DNA from: Desulfobacteraceae bacterium
Lineage (GTDB): Bacteria; Desulfobacterota; Desulfobacteria; Desulfobacterales; JAABSP01
Direction: 5' to 3'
Assembly (NCBI GenBank): GCA_011389855.1
Contig: JAABTM010000004.1
Span: 1 to 51,635 of the forward strand
DNA: 51,635 nucleotides
The translations under genes were made by a program, and so were the position numbers. Below are positions 48,943 through 51,635 of this stretch, piece after piece. The notes under the pieces were generated by a model. It saw nothing but the letters and a program-made list of their open reading frames with translations. It made no database searches and was not told the origin of the DNA. The stretch's first letter is position 1. Every line of letters starts with the position of its first letter.

Positions 48943-51635
48943 ATGAACGCCCAAGCGTTGATCCAAAAATTGGGCTATGAGGATTCCAGTGCTTTCCTGC
49001 AAGGTGCGGATTTGGACGGAATAAAAAATTATGCTCATATTTTCCGCAAGGCCAAAAAATTTTGCGGTCTGCAAGGCGTTTATACCCTCCACAACCAGGG
49101 CCAAAGCCCCATTCCACTGGTGTATGTTTGCGAAACAGCCAACGAAGAGGAGGCAGACGCCATTCATCGCCGGGTCTGGAATCAGGATATAGTTCCGTTT
49201 TTGTTACTGGTTTCGCCGTACAGCATCCGTTTATATTCTGGCTTCGAATATGCGGAGAGTACCGAAAAACGGATATTGGGTGTGGCCAGAAGCATCAATA
49301 ATGCGTTAGAAAAATTTCAAGCTTTCCAGGCGCAATCCATCGACAACGCCAGCATGTGGGAGTCTTGGGGGCATCACGTCAAACCCGAAAATCGGGTGGA
49401 CTGGAAATTGTTGGATGAATTGGAGAGTTTAGGACGATGGCTAATCGAGCGTGAACTCGATCACCACACGGCGAACGCCTTAGTGGGGAAATATGTCTTC
49501 CTTCGTTATCTGAAAGATCGAGACATTTTGTCGCCGCGCCGTTTGGCGGAATGGAACATAGCGGAGCATACGATTTTTGGAAGGGACGCCAATTTGGCAG
49601 GTTTCCAAGCCATAAACGAACATTTAAAAGTTTGGCTGAATGGCGATATTTTTAGCATCGACTCTTTTCGGGGCATTACCGATTTCCATATAAGCAAAAC
49701 CGCCGCCGTGTTCAGCGGGGATGAAGTCTCCGGACAAATGAACTTGGGATTCAAAGTCTACGATTTTTCCCATATCCCTTTGGAAACCCTGTCCGTGATT
49801 TACGAGCAGTTTCTTCATTCGGAGAGCCAAGGCAATGGCAAGAGCAAAGCTGAGGAAAAAGGTGCGTATTATACGCCGGTGCATCTGGTCAATTTTATGT
49901 TGGATGAGTTGGAGAGCCGTAAGCCGTTAGGGGCCGACGGCACAGTTCTGGATCCGGCCTGCGGCTCAGGTGCGTTCCTGGTGCAAGCTTATCGGCGGAT
50001 GATTGAACGCGCCCTATCCGAACAAGGGCAACTTCGCCCCGTTGAATTGCGCGATTTATTGACCCGCCGCGTCTTCGGCATTGACAAAGATCACGATGCT
50101 TGCCAGGTGGCTGGCCTAAGCTTAGCGCTTACGCTGCTGGATTACATCGACCCGCCGGATTTAGGTGGACGGTACAAAGGGTTTAAACTCCCTGAACTGC
50201 AAGGCAATAATATTCTGCATGGCGATTTTTTTGATCCAAATATTTTAACCAAGTCTAAACAATTCAATTGGATCGCCAGCAATCCACAGTGGGATGAGAC
50301 CACGCAGCCACTGGCTCTGGCTTGGATGAATGAAAATAAAAAAAAATATCCGGTAGGTCGAAAGCAAATTGCGGAAGCCTTTGCTTATAAAGTTTTGGAT
50401 AATGTCCAAACAGACGGCGCTGTGGGGATGTTGATGCCGGCGATGAGCTTGTTCAAATCCCCTTCTAAAAAATTTCGGCAAAGCTTTTTCAGCCAGACTG
50501 ACACTTGGGCGGTGGTCAATTTCGCCAACCTGTCTTCAGTACTGTTCGCAGGACGTGCTCAAGTTCCCGCCGCGAGTTTTTTTTACGCGCCGCTGAATGA
50601 GGAAGCGGATGAGATAATCACAGTATTTTCCCCATTCCGGATAACTCAGCCTGCTACTCGTGGTAGAGGTAATACAGAAAGTTGGAGCGTCACCGTAAAT
50701 GGCGCCGAATTACGCCGCGTACGTAAAAACGAAGCACTGCGGGGTGAGGCGTTGACCTGGAAACTGGCGTTATGGGGAACGCCGAAGGATGCTCGTTTGT
50801 TGGAAAGCGTCTCAGCACGTTTCCCTACCTTGGCCCAGTTTGCACAGATGCATGAACTGGCAATGCATGAAGGAGTTCAAATCCGATGTCAAAATGACAA
50901 GGACATAGTGCCAGTACCTGAATTAGTAGGCAAGAAGCGGCTTCTGATTAGAAGATTGCCCAAGGAAACCCGTTTGTATGCTTTTCCGCCTGAAGCATTT
51001 GAATCTATTTCTAAAAAAGAAGGATATGTACGCCGTAGGGCAGGGATAAAATCTGTGGAAGTGTGTCGTCCACCGCATGTTATTATCGATCAGGCGCGTC
51101 GATTTGCTGTATATAGTGATGAATTTATTGCCGTGCCCGCAAGGCAGATTGGAATTTCTGGAGCGCCTTCTAAACAATCTCTTTTAAAATCCCTATCGCT
51201 CTATCTATCTTCAGATTTTGCTCGGTATAGTGAGTTTTTTCAGTCTCCAATAATGGGAGTACAAGAGTCCATCAGCAATTTGGATACGCTTAAAACTCTG
51301 CCGATACCTGACTTTTCGGAAAAAGACCTAGGAATTTTAGCGCAACTTTATGAGCAACTTGCCGCTACGGAAGATTCATCTGCCAATTTTATAGATGTTT
51401 TAGACTTACAAAGCCAACGAGAGGAGTTAGAAAAACAGGCTAACAAATTGATTTATAATTGCCTTGGGCTGTCGGCCGAAGAACGCTTACTTGTACATGA
51501 CTTAATCTACGAACGGAGAAAAATGTTGCGTGGTAAAGTCTCCCAAGAGCTTATAAAAGCGCCGTCAAAGGCTGAAATTCGCGCCTACATAGAAGTGTTG
51601 AAAGGTCAGCTGGACGATTTTATAGATGTCGAAGA
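48943..51635 (+). CDS. large gamma-class N6-adenine DNA methyltransferase (type IIG / BREX-PglX-like architecture), 3' end outside the window
   Basis: Not in the ORF track because no stop is reached. I translated 897 codons by hand with no stop. Helical region ALVGKYVFLRYLKDRDIL and LSVIYEQFL. Motif X GAYYTP (49861..49878). Motif I VLDPACGSGAFLV (49945..49983). FGIDKD. Motif IV position SNPQW (50278..50292). A TaqI_C-like target-recognition region follows. Confidence 0.85.
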   Translation, partial: MNAQALIQKLGYEDSSAFLQGADLDGIKNYAHIFRKAKKFCGLQGVYTLHNQGQSPIPLVYVCETANEEEADAIHRRVWNQDIVPFLLLVSPYSIRLYSGFEYAESTEKRILGVARSINNALEKFQAFQAQSIDNASMWESWGHHVKPENRVDWKLLDELESLGRWLIERELDHHTANALVGKYVFLRYLKDRDILSPRRLAEWNIAEHTIFGRDANLAGFQAINEHLKVWLNGDIFSIDSFRGITDFHISKTAAVFSGDEVSGQMNLGFKVYDFSHIPLETLSVIYEQFLHSESQGNGKSKAEEKGAYYTPVHLVNFMLDELESRKPLGADGTVLDPACGSGAFLVQAYRRMIERALSEQGQLRPVELRDLLTRRVFGIDKDHDACQVAGLSLALTLLDYIDPPDLGGRYKGFKLPELQGNNILHGDFFDPNILTKSKQFNWIASNPQWDETTQPLALAWMNENKKKYPVGRKQIAEAFAYKVLDNVQTDGAVGMLMPAMSLFKSPSKKFRQSFFSQTDTWAVVNFANLSSVLFAGRAQVPAASFFYAPLNEEADEIITVFSPFRITQPATRGRGNTESWSVTVNGAELRRVRKNEALRGEALTWKLALWGTPKDARLLESVSARFPTLAQFAQMHELAMHEGVQIRCQNDKDIVPVPELVGKKRLLIRRLPKETRLYAFPPEAFESISKKEGYVRRRAGIKSVEVCRPPHVIIDQARRFAVYSDEFIAVPARQIGISGAPSKQSLLKSLSLYLSSDFARYSEFFQSPIMGVQESISNLDTLKTLPIPDFSEKDLGILAQLYEQLAATEDSSANFIDVLDLQSQREELEKQANKLIYNCLGLSAEERLLVHDLIYERRKMLRGKVSQELIKAPSKAEIRAYIEVLKGQLDDFIDVE

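Noticed and set aside
48741-51177. Short minus-strand ORFs in the AT-rich island (48741..48923, 48803..49117, 48850..49167, 49506..49754, 49624..49884, 50245..50481, 50923..51177)
   Set aside because: All except the upstream part of 48741..48923 lie antisense within the mini-HTH ORF or the long open plus-strand methyltransferase frame, which has canonical motifs X and I. The short ORFs have no motifs.

Overview
This is a GC-rich chromosomal segment. Its gene content fits a Desulfobacterota/deltaproteobacterium-like anaerobe, which is an inference from content only. About 48.5 kb is densely packed core genome. It carries valS, lepA, short-type leuCD, dnaN-gyrB, argJ, dinB, amtB, a hemA heme cluster, fabD, dnaJ and queD, plus c-di-GMP signalling genes, a 7.9-kb Mrp/Mbh-type antiporter module and an Fo-only ATP synthase operon. 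The last ~3.1 kb (from ~48,550) is visibly AT-richer. It holds a mini-HTH ORF and a very large gamma-class N6-adenine methyltransferase gene that runs off the window end; because it has no stop codon in the window, it is missing from the ORF track.

Most long antisense or off-frame ORFs in the track are GC-driven artefacts. I re-picked several start codons, mostly to internal ATG, TTG or GTG codons that overlap the upstream stop.

The strongest observation is in the Fo operon. One 324-aa gene (37335..38309, minus strand) encodes four fused c-subunit hairpins. Only the first keeps the ion-binding Glu; the other three have Gln. It sits directly upstream of a normal 82-aa c gene that carries a Na+-type two-carboxylate signature.

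Other items worth a second look:
- a truncated defence-island-like methyltransferase with an NPQW motif IV;
- a small zinc-ribbon gene with an in-frame TGA;
- a rhomboid protease fused to a DnaJ-C-terminal-like domain;
- an apparently split RdgC upstream of dnaN;
- a pentapeptide-repeat gene directly after gyrB;
- a terminator-containing leader upstream of a lytic transglycosylase.

I saw no rRNA, tRNA, CRISPR array or transposase.
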